From Rebecca billardiae RCC1528 (lineage: Eukaryota > Protista > Haptophyta), in NCBI GenBank assembly GCA_965240325.2, contig OZ251241.1:186001-250000 (forward strand): a stretch of 64,000 nt of DNA. The letters run 5' to 3'. The position numbers and the translations under genes were made by a program. The stretch's first letter is position 1; each line of letters opens with the position of its first letter. Positions 53,125 through 64,000 of the stretch are shown in pieces. Under the pieces are notes generated by a model. The model did no database searches. It was not told the origin of the DNA and saw nothing but the letters and a program-made list of their open reading frames with translations.

Positions 53125-54652
53125 AGGGCTCGGGCGGCAGCGCGGGCGGCGGTGGCGGCAGGTTGGGCGGCGTCGGCGGCGAGGGCGGCGAGGGCGGCGG
53201 CGCGGGCGGCGGCGAGGGCGGCGGCGCGGGCGGCGGGCTGGGCGGCGGCGGGCTGGGCGGCGGCGACGGCGGTGGCGGCGGCGGGCTGGGCGGCGGCGGG
53301 CTGGGCGGCGGCGCGGGCGGCGGGCTCGGCGGCGGCGGGCTCGGCGGCGGCGCGGGCGGCGGGCTCGGCGGCGGCGGGCTGGGTGGCGGCGTGGGTGGCG
53401 GCGAGGGCGGGCTCGGCGGCGGCGGGCTCGGCGGCGGCGAGGGCGGCGGCAAGGGCGGCGGCGGGCTGGGCGGCGGCGAGGGCGGCGGCGAGGGCGGCGG
53501 CGGGCTCGGCGGCGGGCTGGGCGGCGGCGAGGGCGGCGGCGGGCTGGGCGGCGGGCTGGGCGGCTGCCCGGGGGGCGGCGGTGGGCTCGGCGGCTCGGGC
53601 GGCGGGCTGGGCGGCGGCGAGGGCGGTGGGCTGGGTGGCGGCGAGGGCGGGGGGCTGGGCGGCGGCGGGCTCGGCGGCGGCGAGGGTGGCGGCGGGCTGG
53701 GCGGCGGGCTGGGCGGTGGCGAGGGAGGTGGCGGGCTCGGCGGCGGGCTAGGTGGCGGGGCCGGCGGCGGCGGCAGCGACGGGGGCGGCGGGCTGGGTGG
53801 CGGCGGCGACGGCGACGGCGGCGGCGGGCTCGGCGGCAGCGGCGGGCTGGGCGGCGGGCTCGGCGGCTGCGGCGGCGGGCTGGGCGGGCTGGGCGGCAGC
53901 GGCGGCGGCGGCGGTGGGCTCGGCGGGCTGGGCGGCGACGGCGGGCTCGGCGGCGGGCTGGGCGGGCGCGGCGGCGGGCTCGGCGGGCTCGGCGGGCTCG
54001 GCGGCGCCGGCGGCGGCGCCGGCACCACCTGCAGCGCTCGGCGCGCCGCCGCGCTCGCCTCGCCATGCTCCGTCCCGATCGGCCGCCCGAGCGCTGCGTG
54101 ATCAGTCGGCACCTCCGCGCGTGCGTACGAGAGCGCGCCCGAGGCGTCGGCGCAGACCGCCTCGAAGGCGGGCGGCGGCGCGGCACGGGACGGCGCGCCG
54201 TCGTCGGCGGGCGCCCACTCGAAGCGCACCGGCGAGCTCGTCCACTCGCCGCGCACGCAGCGCGCGCCGTCGGCAGCGGCCGCGGCCGCGGTGCTTCCGC
54301 CGGCCGGCGCGGGCGCGTGCGCGAGCAGACCGGCGGAGGCGTCGGCCCGGACGAGGTAGAGCACGTGCCCCGCCGGAACTTCGGCGAGCACGTGCGCCCC
54401 TCGGCCGTCGCTCGCGACGCGCAGCGCGCACGCGCGCGCCTCTGCGGGCGGCGGCGGCGCAAACCGCTGCGCGGCCGCCACGGCTGCGCGCAGGTCGGGT
54501 GTGGCGCACAGGGCGTCGGGCGGCCCTGGGCGCGCGTGTGCGGCGGCGAGCGCGCAGCTCGCCACCATGCACGCGCCGAGCAGCGCGCGCGCGCGCGCCC
54601 GGCCGGCTGGCCGGGGCGTAACGTGCGCCCGGTGCGCGCTCAGGCCGACCAT
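48100..54652 (-). CDS. Paralogous proline-rich type-I membrane protein: signal peptide, N-terminal domain, SPPP stalk with 3x ShK-toxin-like domains, same C-terminal cassette; introns 48519-48611 and 48278-48443
   Basis: ATG at 54652. GCYDLG..(Y/W/F)C..RL..C......C..SCG.C occurs three times (~52935-53040, 52555-52655, 52200-52305). C-terminal ~3 kb is nearly identical to 29850-32935, including introns. Ends GGYYGRHQS* at 48100. Confidence 0.85.
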
Positions 54653-55077
54653 GCTGCTCCTCTGCGGCTCGGTGGCCGCCAGCAGATGGAACTGGCGGTC
54701 CGGGGCCGAGTTGCCGAAAACGGGCGCGAGCAGGACTCGCGACGCTCTTGTGCTGTGCGCCGCGAACCGGCGCGGGCTCCCGGAGCAAAACGGCCCACTC
54801 GCTCGCAAGCGACTTTTCGTGGTGCGCTTTTCCACGGCTGGCCCTTTCGCATTTTTCGGCCGCGAGCTCCTCGCGGAAATTCATCACAGCCGCGTGGAGC
54901 GGAGGCCAGCTCCCGACGGGCGGCCAGCGAAACACGCTGTGCTGTCGTCCCTCGAGCGGCGGCCACTCAGCACCCGACGGGCGCGTCCAGGCCGGCGCAG
55001 CTCTCCCTCGCGCGCGGGCTCGCGCGGACGCGGCGCACACGCCCGCCGGCGGAGCGGCCCCGACTGCCCGCGCATCC

Positions 55078-58000
55078 ATGGAGCCCTCCGCCCCGCCCTC
55101 GCGCTCGCACACCGACCCGAACGGCCAGCCGAGCGAGCCGCCGCCGCCCGTGCGGCCTTCGCGCTCGGCAATCGCGTGGCTGCCCGGCTCGGCCAGCCGG
55201 GGCCACTCGCGGCGCGCGTCGAGCAACTCGGTGACGGACGCGACCGAGCCCGCCGACACGCTCGGCGCCAAGCCCGACCCCGCCGCCGAGGCGCCGCCCT
55301 CGCCGTTTGCGCGCGCGGTCGAGGCGGTCGAGCGGCTGCGGCCGCGCGCCATCTCGGCGGCGCCGCACGCGATGCGGGGCGTGGGCAGGCGGAGCCAGAC
55401 GGACGACAGCCACCTGAGCGACCCGGTGGTCGCCGAGCGCTCGCACCGCGCGCCGCACACGCCGCCGCGCGCCGCCACCTCCTCCCACGCGAGCACGCAG
55501 ACCGAGCCTGTGCGCGTGCTGCCGCCCTCGGCGCCCGAGGAGCAACAGGGCGCGCGCCCGCCGCCGCGCACGCCGCCGAGGGCGGAGGGCGCGCGCGGGC
55601 GCGCGGGCGCGGGCGAGCCGGGCGGCGCGCCGCGTCCCGCGCGCGGCGGCGCGCGCGCCGCGCTCGGTGCGATCGCGCTCGGCGTCGCGCTCGCGGCGGC
55701 GGCGGGCGGCGCGGCGGCGCACCCGGCGGCCTCGGCCGCGCGCCGCGCGCTCGGCGCCGCGGCCGAGCTGGGCGCGGAGGCGTGCCTCGCGCACCTGGGC
55801 GCGGCGATCGTCGCGGGCGCGCGCGTGCACGCGCGCGCGCTCAGCGGGCGCTCCGCCGCCGCCGCGCTCTGCCGCGCGGCCTTTGCCGCGGCCGCGCTGG
55901 GCGCGCGCGCCGCGCGCTGGTGCGGTGCCGCGGCGGCGCTCGCGCTCGGCCTTCGCTGGGGTGCCCGCAGGCTGCTGCGCCGCGCGGCGGGGAAGGGCAA
56001 GGGCGGCGCGGGCGGCGGCGCGAGCGGGAAGGGCGCGCGCGCGCGCGCGGCGGGCGGCGCCGCCGCCGGGCGGCCGGGCGCCGCCGCCGCCGCCGCCGCC
56101 GTGGGCGCGCGCGCGCGCTCGCCGCCCGCCCTCCTGGGCGGGGCGGGCGCGCCGCCCGGCGCGCTCGGTGGCGGCTCGGCGCGCGGCATGGCGCGGCGCG
56201 TGTCCAAGATGCTCGGCTCGGGCGGCGACCTGCTCAACCCGCTGCGCAGCTCGACCCCGCCGCCCTCCGCGCCCGTCGTCCAGGCCGGCGCCACCGGCTT
56301 CGCCGAGTTCCGCCCGCCAGGCGGCGCCGCCTCTGCGCCCGCCGACACGCAGCCGGCGGGCACGTGGGCGCTGCCCGCGCACGGCTCGTTCGCGCTGCGC
56401 TCGGGGGACTACCTGCGCTCGCGGCTCAAGGAGCCGAGCGCGGAGCCGCTGCTCGAGCTGATCGGTGCGCGCCCTCGCCGCGCCGCGCGCGCGCGCGCCC
56501 TCGCGGGCCGCCACGCTCACGGGCTGCGCCGTGTGCCGCGCGCCGCTGCGCGCCGCCGTGCGTGCCGCGCCCGCGCCGCGCCGTCCCGTGCCGCGCCGCG
56601 CGCGCTGCCTCGCTCACGCGCGCACGCACGCAGGGTTCGACATCTTCGAGACGGAGCGCAAGCTGTACGACATCGCCTCGCACGAGAGCCTGCGCCTCCC
56701 CGCGCCCATCTCCCGCCAGCCGGGCGCCGCCTCCGCCTCCGCCTCCGCCTCCGCCTCCGCCTCCGCCTCCGCGTCCGCGCCCGCGCCCGCGTCCGCGCTG
56801 CCGTCCGTGGTGGTGGTGAACGTGATGCTGTTCACCTACTCGCCCTCCGCAGCGTCGCTCTTCACGCAGGCGGAGGGGGAGGAGGAGGAGCAGGACGGCG
56901 AGGGCGGCTCGCTCGTGATGTACTTCCGCGTGCCGCCCGAGCTGGGCGAGGGCGAGCACGCCACGCCGGCCGCGCGGCTGCTGCGCAAGTGGCTGCTGCA
57001 CGCGACGGAGGTGCGTGCACACACCGCACACCACAGCACACCACCGCACGCACCGCACCGCACCACCGCACACCGCACCACTGCAAGCAAGCACCAGCGC
57101 GCACAGCGACGCGGCGCGGGGCGTGCCGTCGGGCGCGCCGGCTGGGCGGGGCGCCCGCGCGCCCCGCCGCCCCACGCGGCCCCGCGCGCCCCGCCCCGCG
57201 CGTGCACCCCCTCCGCCACCCCCGCCCCCTCCGCCCTGCACCCCTCCGCCACCCCCTCCCCCTCCGCCACCCCCGCCCCCTCCGCGCCCTCCTCCGCGCA
57301 GGACGAGGCGCTGCGCGACCGCCTCAAGATGATCGCGCGGCTCGACAACGTGGACGAGGTGCCGCTCAACGCGTTCGTCAAGCGCAACGTGCGCAAGTAC
57401 GCGGGCAAGCCGTTCATGACGCGGCCGGCCTTTGCAGTCTCGCGCGCGACGGACGCGCTCTCGGGCGTGCCGTACGTCGAGATCGACATCGACACGCACC
57501 GCTACTCGTACATCGTCAAGAAGACGATGACGGCGATGAGCGGGCACTTCCCGCAGTACCGCTTCTCGATGGCGTGGACCATCGAGGGGCGCGCGCCCGC
57601 GGAGCTGCCCGAGCAGGTGCGCGCGTGCGTGTGTGTGCGCGTGTGCGCGTGTGCGCGCGTGCGTGTGTGTGCGCGTGTGCGCGCACGACCTGCCGCGCGC
57701 GCGTGCTCGCGCTGACGCGCGCCCCCGCGCGCCCCCCCTGCGCCGCCGCAGCTGCTCGGCTGCGTGACCGTGTGCAAGTTCGACTGGACGATGCTGCGGC
57801 CCTTCCCGCCGCCGTCCTCGCTGCCGGGCGCGCGCGGCGCGGGCGTCGCCGCCGACTCCTCCTCGGAGGAGGCGGAGGAGGAGGAGGCGGCGGCCGGCCG
57901 CACATCCTTTGGGGCGGGCCGCCGCCGCTCCGCCTCGGCAACAGCCGCGAGCGCGGCGGCGGCGGCGGCGGCGGCGTGCGCGGCGCGCGGCGCGGCCGCG

Positions 58001-59460
58001 CCGCCCGCCGCGCCGCCCGCCGCGGACGCCGCCACGCTCGCCTTCGAGCGCGTGCTCCCGCAGGTGCGCGAGCTGGAGGAGCAGGGTGCGTACGCGGCGG
58101 CGTCCGAGTTGCTGGCGTCTGCGCTGCTCGAGGGCAAGCGCGCGGTGGACGCGGCGACGGGCGCGGCGGGCGGCGGCGCGGGGCAGGGGCGGGGCGCGCC
58201 CGGCGCGGCGTGGGCCGCCGCGGCGGCGGGCGCCGCGCCGCCGCCGCCCGCGCTCACCACGCAGCACTCCGACCCGGCCGTCCAGCCGGGCGCCGCCGTC
58301 ACCCGCCTCAAGCCTGTGCGCGCGGCGCGTGCGCGGTACGCTGGCCGACTGCACGTGCTCGCGCGCGGCGTGGACGGCATGAAGTGGCGCGCGCGCACGG
58401 CGGAGCTGGTGGGCACGGAGCTGCGGCTGCACCGCACGTCGCGCTCGCGCTCGGGGCGGCCGCGCAAGCCCGCGTTCGTCAAGGTGCGGCCCGCGCGCCA
58501 CACCGCCGGCGCCGCGCGCGCGCCGCGCACGCCGCGCGCCCTCACGCGCGCGCGCACGCCGCCCGCGCGCGCGCGGCGGCTGTGCCACTGTGCTGTGCGC
58601 AGGACCTGGATGCGGCGGAGGTGGCGCCGGTCGCGCGCACGCGCCACCCCACGCCCACGCCCTTCGTCTTCCAGCTCGTCACGCCGCAGCGCTCGCTCCT
58701 CTTCTGCGCGCCCGACGAGATGTCAGCGCACGCGTGGATGCACGCAATCCGCAGTGTCGCCACGCCGCCGCCGCTCGCGGCCGCGCGGCAGCGGATCGCG
58801 CCGCGCTCCCGCCTCGTGCTGCCCGTGCGCGTGGACGCGACCGAGGTGCGCGCTGCGCCACGCGCGCGCGCGCGCGCGCCAGCCGCCGCGCCCGCCCGCC
58901 CCGCGCCCGCCCACGCGCCCCAACCTGCGCCCGCCGCCGCCCCCAGGCGCACGTGACGACCACCTTTGCGTGGGAGTGGGCGGTGGGCGGCAAGGACATC
59001 GGCTTTGAGGGCTTCTTTGAGCCCGAGGACGAGGACGCGCAGTACCCCGTGCTGGTGATCAAGTGGGGGCGGCACGCGGCGCAGGCACGCGCGCGCGCAG
59101 CCGCGGGCGCGCGCGCGGGCGCGTGGGCGCGCGGCGCGAGACCGTCGCAAGCGCCCTCCGCCCACGCCTCCGCTCACGCCTCCGCGCCCTGCCTGCGCGC
59201 TGTGTGCGTGCGTGCGCGCGCGCGCTGCGTGTGTGTGTGCGTGCGTGCGTGCGCGTGCGCGCGCGCGCGCGCTGTGCGTGCGTGCGTGCACTATGCAGGC
59301 GGGCAAGGTGGTGGGCTCCTACACCGTCTCGAGGCCGGGCGTGCTGATGCTGTGCTGGGACAACACGTACAGCGTGCTCACGCACAAGGACCTCACCTAC
59401 AGGGTGACCAAGGAGTCGCAGGTCTTCGCAGTCGCGCCGCTGGACAAGCCGGACGCCTGA
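55078..59460 (+). CDS. EDR2 C-terminal-like (DUF1336) + PH + GOLD domain protein, putative lipid sensing/transfer; 6 introns (56465-56633, 57011-57301, 57617-57751, 58484-58602, 58846-58946, 59085-59298)
   Basis: W..P..GSFALRSGDYLRSRLKEPS, VVVNVML, SLVMYF, RDRLKMI, YAGKPFMTRP, YVEIDID and IEGRAPAELPEQLLG (EDR2_C). W.ARTAELVG...FQLVTPQRSLLFCA....AWMHAIR (PH). WEWAVGGKDIGF...GVLMLCWDNTYS (GOLD). Confidence 0.85.
57205..57292 (+). repeat. C-rich intronic tandem repeat (CCCTCCGCCACCCCC variants)
   Basis: About 4-5 imperfect copies within intron 57011-57301. Confidence 0.75.
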
Positions 59461-60369
59461 AGGCTGAAGGCTGAAGGCGCGCGCCTGGCCGAGCGCCGTG
59501 CCGATGCCGTGGCGCCGCGGCCAGTGTGCGCGCCCTGACTGCTGCTGCTGACGATATGCGCGCCACACTCCACGTCACGACATCTATTCGCAGCGGCAGC
59601 AACGCCGAGCTGCTCGCTGCTGCGGAGCGCGTCAGCATCGTGCATGCATCCCACGCCGATGGCTCGAGAGGCTCCGGCCGCTCGGCGCCTGGCCGAGCCG
59701 GGCGGTGCCGCTGATGTCAGTTCGGCACTGCTGACTGAATTGATGCCTGATGCCAATCGGATGACGACGTGAGATGACGCGATGCCTGATGGCTCGCTCG
59801 GGCCAGTCCGCCAGTCGGCGCTGCGGCCGCTGCGCGCGACGACAGTCGTGGCGGATTCCGCCATTTCGCCCCATTTCCAATTCCGGGGCCTGGCGGATGC
59901 GACGATATGTTACTACTATACGGTGACCGGTCGCATCATTATTCTGACGCGATGATGATGCGACGATGCGATGCGATGCGATATGCGTAGTGCATCAATA
60001 ATGCTGTATGACGCGCGGACTGAGTCTGAGCATTCTGCATTGTGAATGAGCATCGTCATCGAAGCGCACGACGTCGACGCGAGGACGGACAACGACCTTA
60101 CGACCCTGATGGCGGGCCTGATGCTCAGCAGTGCCGTCATCGACGGCGACGAGTGGGCCACGCGACCCGAACGGGACGACGACCAGGGTGCGCGTCCAGA
60201 GAGCCGTAGGTGTCCGCATGCCGGTACCGAGCTGTCGCCGCGACGGTGCCCCCCCGGCCCCACCCCCGCCCTGTCCGGCGCGGCGCACATGCGGCGGGCA
60301 GCGGGGCGATGCCGCGTCAGCCTCGTGCTCCGTGGGTGCGCGGTGCTGCGGCAGCGCCCGGCCACGCCG

Positions 60370-61086
60370 CTACTCGAGGTCGTCGTCGTCGTCGTCGTCG
60401 TCGTCATCGTCCCCGTCCGCCTCGGCGCCATCCGCCTCCCACTCGTCCTCGCCCTCGAGCGCGCCGTCCGCGTCCTCGTCCTCCTCGCCGTCGCCGTCGG
60501 CGCCGTCCTCCGCGCGCGCGTCGTCAAACGTCTTGGCGCGGCGCCGGCCAGAGAGGAGGTAGTCGTCGCGCAGGTACGGCGCGCCGCTCGGCTGCGTGGG
60601 CTGCTGCTTGAGCTGCTGCAGGAACGCCTCCTTGCTCAGCACCTCCTGCTCCCCGCCCTTCGCCCCCCTGGCCTTGGCCTCGGCCGCGGCCGCGCCGGCG
60701 CCGGCCGCGGGCGCCTGCGCGGCCGTGACGGCGTTGAAGAGGCGGACGACGCCGCGCGTGGCGACCTGGCGCATGAGCGCCTCGAGGCCCGCGTCATAGA
60801 TGGACTCGTCCGCGTCCAGCCCGCTGGCGTGCGCCGCGCGCGCGCCGAGTGGCACGTGGCCGCGCCGCTTGAGCTGGCGGCGCGCGCGCGACTCGGCCGC
60901 GTCCTTGGCCGCACGCCGCTTCGCCTGAGCGAGCCGCTCCTCGACGCGCTTACGCTTGGCGAGGATGGGCGTGGGCGAGGTGCCCGGGCCGGCCGATAGC
61001 TCCGGGAGCTCCTCCGCGAGCACGTCGGCGAGCACCGACCCGAGCGACTTGCCGGTGGCGGGGCCACGGCCACGCGCTTCCGCCAT
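60370..61086 (-). CDS. RRP15: Ribosomal RNA-processing protein RRP15-like
   Basis: [44 protein letters not shown] and an acidic tail. ATG at 61086. Confidence 0.85.
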   Translation of the reverse strand: MAEARGRGPATGKSLGSVLADVLAEELPELSAGPGTSPTPILAKRKRVEERLAQAKRRAAKDAAESRARRQLKRRGHVPLGARAAHASGLDADESIYDAGLEALMRQVATRGVVRLFNAVTAAQAPAAGAGAAAAEAKARGAKGGEQEVLSKEAFLQQLKQQPTQPSGAPYLRDDYLLSGRRRAKTFDDARAEDGADGDGEEDEDADGALEGEDEWEADGAEADGDDDDDDDDDDDLE

Positions 61087-61468
61087 TCTCAGTGTTTTCA
61101 CGCCCAGCCCTGCCGGTGCGGTTGGCTGGGCGCCCCCTCGTCGTCGGCCCTGCTGCCGCCGGAGTCCTTTGCCTTCCCAGGGCGGCCGTTCTGAGGCCTC
61201 CCCTTGGCGACAGCGGGGGCCGCCCGCTACCTGCCCGCTCGCAGCGCGCGTCCGCAAGCGAAGGAATTCAGAACTTGGTGCGCGCGTTGCACGGGAGATC
61301 TGGCGCAAGCCAGCTGGCGAGATCGTGCGGGCGGGTATCAACGGACGCGAGCAGCCCGAGCATCGCGCGGCATCTGCGCGTTGCGCATCAAGACGCCCTC
61401 CCTCCGCCGCGTCAGATTTCTTTGCGGCCGAGCCGAACGACGCTCGTCGCGCAATCATCTCCGTCGCC

Positions 61469-61985
61469 ATGTTCCGCACGCTCGTCCTCGCCGCCCTCGC
61501 CGCGTGCGCCAGCGCGTACACGACGCCGCTCGCGCACTCGCGCGTCGTCGCGCGCGCGGCCGTGAGCAAGTCGTCGGCCATCGCGATGAACGACGACGTC
61601 GCTGAGAAGGTGAAGGGCATCATCGCCGAGCAGCTCGGCGTCGATGCGGCCAAGGTCACGCCGGACGCCTCCTTCACGGAGGACCTCGGCGCGGACAGCC
61701 TCGACGCGGTGGAGGTGCGCCGCACGCCTCGCTCGCGGGCACGCCTTCGCCGTCGCGTGCCGCCGCCGCCGCCCCCGGCCGCTCCACGCGAACCCGCTCC
61801 ATGCGCGCAGCATGCGCGCCACGTCCCGCCGCGAGCGCGCTCAGCTCACGCGCCGCCCTCCGCCACGCGCCGCGCAGCTGATCATGGCGATGGAGGAGGC
61901 GTTCGGCGTCGAGATCCCGGATGAGGAGGCGGAGAAGCTCACCACGCCGGCGCAGTGCGTCGCGCTGATCTCGGCCAAGCAGTAA
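61469..61985 (+). CDS. acpP: Nuclear-encoded plastid acyl carrier protein; intron 61715-61877
   Basis: Bipartite leader [17 protein letters not shown]...; [12 protein letters not shown]...[16 protein letters not shown]|[20 protein letters not shown] with the phosphopantetheine Ser in DSL. Confidence 0.93.
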
Positions 61986-62751
61986 GCGCTGGCTGCGGAC
62001 AGGGCGCGGGCTGTGCGCGCGCGTGACGCCGCGGCTGCCAGCTGCACGCGCGCGCACGGCCGCGCCTCCGCCCGCCTGCCTTGGCGTCGACTTGGCCGGG
62101 TGCTGCTGCGCGCCTCGCCGGAAGCCTCTGTGCCCGGTCGTCGCCGCACGCCGCGCGCCCCGTTTGGGCCGCTGGTGGCGAGGCAGTGCCGGGCTGCTGC
62201 ACGGATGACGCCTCGGCCTCCTCCCGCTCAGCCGCTGGGCCCGGGGCCTGGCCCCTGGGCCTGGCCCAAGATCATGACTGCCACTGAGACTACTGTGACG
62301 ACGACGATGGATCTTGATACTATGGTGAGCAGATGCTCGGGTGTCGTCAGGACGGGGTGCCGTCCGTGACTAGAAGTGTGCCGTCATTGCTAGAAGACGC
62401 CGTAGCCTCTGGCGGCCATTCCGTAAACTCCAAAGCCGTGCAGGCCGCGCTGCCGGCGGTGCTGTGAGTGCTGGCAGCTGCGGCAGGCTGGTGCGCCTGC
62501 ACTGCAGTACGCAGCACACGCGCGCCGGCTGGCGCCTGATGGCGGTCCTCGCCGCACGTGCGCTCTTCGCTGATAGGGCCGCCTTGTGACAACCGCCTGC
62601 CCGCGGACGGCTCCGCCATGCGCCCGGCTGGCCGCGGCGTCAGGCCGCGAGCGCGTGCGCGTCGCGGCGCCGTGCGCTGTGCGGGCTTGTGCCGGCTGGG
62701 CGCGGGGCCGCCCACGGCCCCGCACGCGCCGGCCTCTGAGCCGCTGCGGGC

Positions 62752-63996
62752 TCACAAGAAGTAGGGCACCACGGAGCGCGGCGGCGTGGCGCCCGTGTTC
62801 GCCTCGACCTCCTTGAAGATGGCGTACGACTTGTTGTGCGCCTCGTCGATGGTCTGCGCGCGCGGTGGCGCAGCGGCGGCGGCGCGTCTCAGCCGGGCGC
62901 TTGTGTGCGAGCTGGCGCGCGCGGCGCGAGCGCGCGCGCACCAACAGTGCGGCGACGTTGCCGCAGCGGTAGCAGTAGTTCGGCGCGGACCAGACGGTGA
63001 CCAGCGTCTTGTTCGGGAAGGCGTACTTGTACCCCTCCTGCACCAGCTGGTGCGCGCGCGCGATCAGCTCGAGGCCGTTCAGCGCGTTGAACTCCTGCGT
63101 CACCTTGGCCCCAAACAGCCAGCCTGCGCCGCGTGGCGACACCGCCCACGCCTCGACGTCGTCTGGGTCGGACCACATCAGGTCTGCGCGCACCGCAGCG
63201 GCGGGGGCGGGCGCGGCGTGAGCGCGGCGTCGCACGCGCGCGGCGCCCCGCGGCGCGCCCCGCCCGCCCCCGCGCCCAGAGCCCCCGCCGCCCCGCGCGC
63301 GGCGCCGCACCGCAGAAGGCGCCCTCGTGCGGGATCTCCTGTGTGCGCTCGATGGTGCGCATCTGGTCGAGCGTCTTCACGTCGGGGGAGAGCCCGCCGT
63401 GCACGCACAGGATGCAGCCGTCGACGAGGGCGGCGAGGGGGCACCAGTCGAAGACGTCGGTGGTGTACTTCCACGGGTTCGCGTTGCCGTACTTGCGCTG
63501 GCACTCGTCGTAGAAGCCGTACACCTGCGTGATCTGGCGCGACTCGTGGTTGCCCCGCAGCAGCGTGATGCGCGACGGGTGGCGCGCCTTCAGCAGCAGC
63601 AGCAGGGTGATCGTCTCCACCGAGTTGTACCCGCGGTCGACAAAGTCGCCCTGCGCGCGCGCGCGCGCGCGCGGTAGCACGCCGGCACGCGTGAGCCTCG
63701 CCCCCGCCCGCGCACTCCGCCCCGCACGCACGCGCGCGCGCGCGCGCGCCGCCCACCATGAAGATGTAGGAAGTGTCCGGGCACTTTCCGCCCGTGCGGA
63801 AGAGCTCGAGCAGGTCGTGGAACTGGCCGTGGATGTCGCCGCAGATGGTGACGGGCGCGGCGACGGGCTGCACCGTCGACTCCTCGAGCATCAGCTCCTT
63901 CACGTACTCGCACAGCCGCTTGTACTCGAGCTCAGGCAGCAGCTCCATGCGCTCGATCTTCTCGATCCACTCGTCCAGACCGCGGCGCGCGGCCAT
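62752..63996 (-). CDS. PPP6C: Serine/threonine protein phosphatase 6 catalytic subunit (PP6/Sit4); introns 63651-63756, 63184-63310, 62854-62941
   Basis: [41 protein letters not shown] (PP6-type), [23 protein letters not shown] and C-terminal PYFL*. Confidence 0.93.
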
Positions 63997-64000
63997 GGCG

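Overview
This is a very GC-rich, gene-dense eukaryotic nuclear region with short CG-rich spliceosomal introns. Bipartite plastid-targeting leaders (signal peptide + AF/AY), ciliary genes and GC/GA splice donors suggest a red-lineage flagellate alga, most plausibly a haptophyte such as Pavlovales (inference only). I can support about 21 protein genes. Recognisable ones: SDH4/CybS, a DCC thiol-disulfide oxidoreductase, proline iminopeptidase, a DEAD-box helicase, a PIERCE-like ciliary protein, a SpoU methyltransferase, FAM114-like, HTATSF1-like, Tctex-1, two alpha/beta hydrolases, an EDR2_C-PH-GOLD protein, RRP15, a plastid acyl carrier protein and the PP6 catalytic subunit. Most notable: (1) an intronless H-NOX (heme NO-sensor) domain fused to a TIR/HET-like domain rather than a cyclase; (2) a tandem pair of membrane-anchored polyproline-stalk surface proteins sharing a near-identical C-terminal cassette but with different heads (3x LamG on a ~4,100-residue SPPP stalk vs 3x ShK-like); (3) a 1.7 kb Mutator/Foldback-like element with modular TIRs and a 9-bp TSD, plus a candidate MITE; (4) a GA-AG and a GC-AG intron; (5) head-to-head gene pairs with (TA)n islands only downstream of 3' ends. 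Most long ORFs in the supplied track are GC-driven shadow ORFs. Family assignments come from motif recognition by eye; no searches were run.
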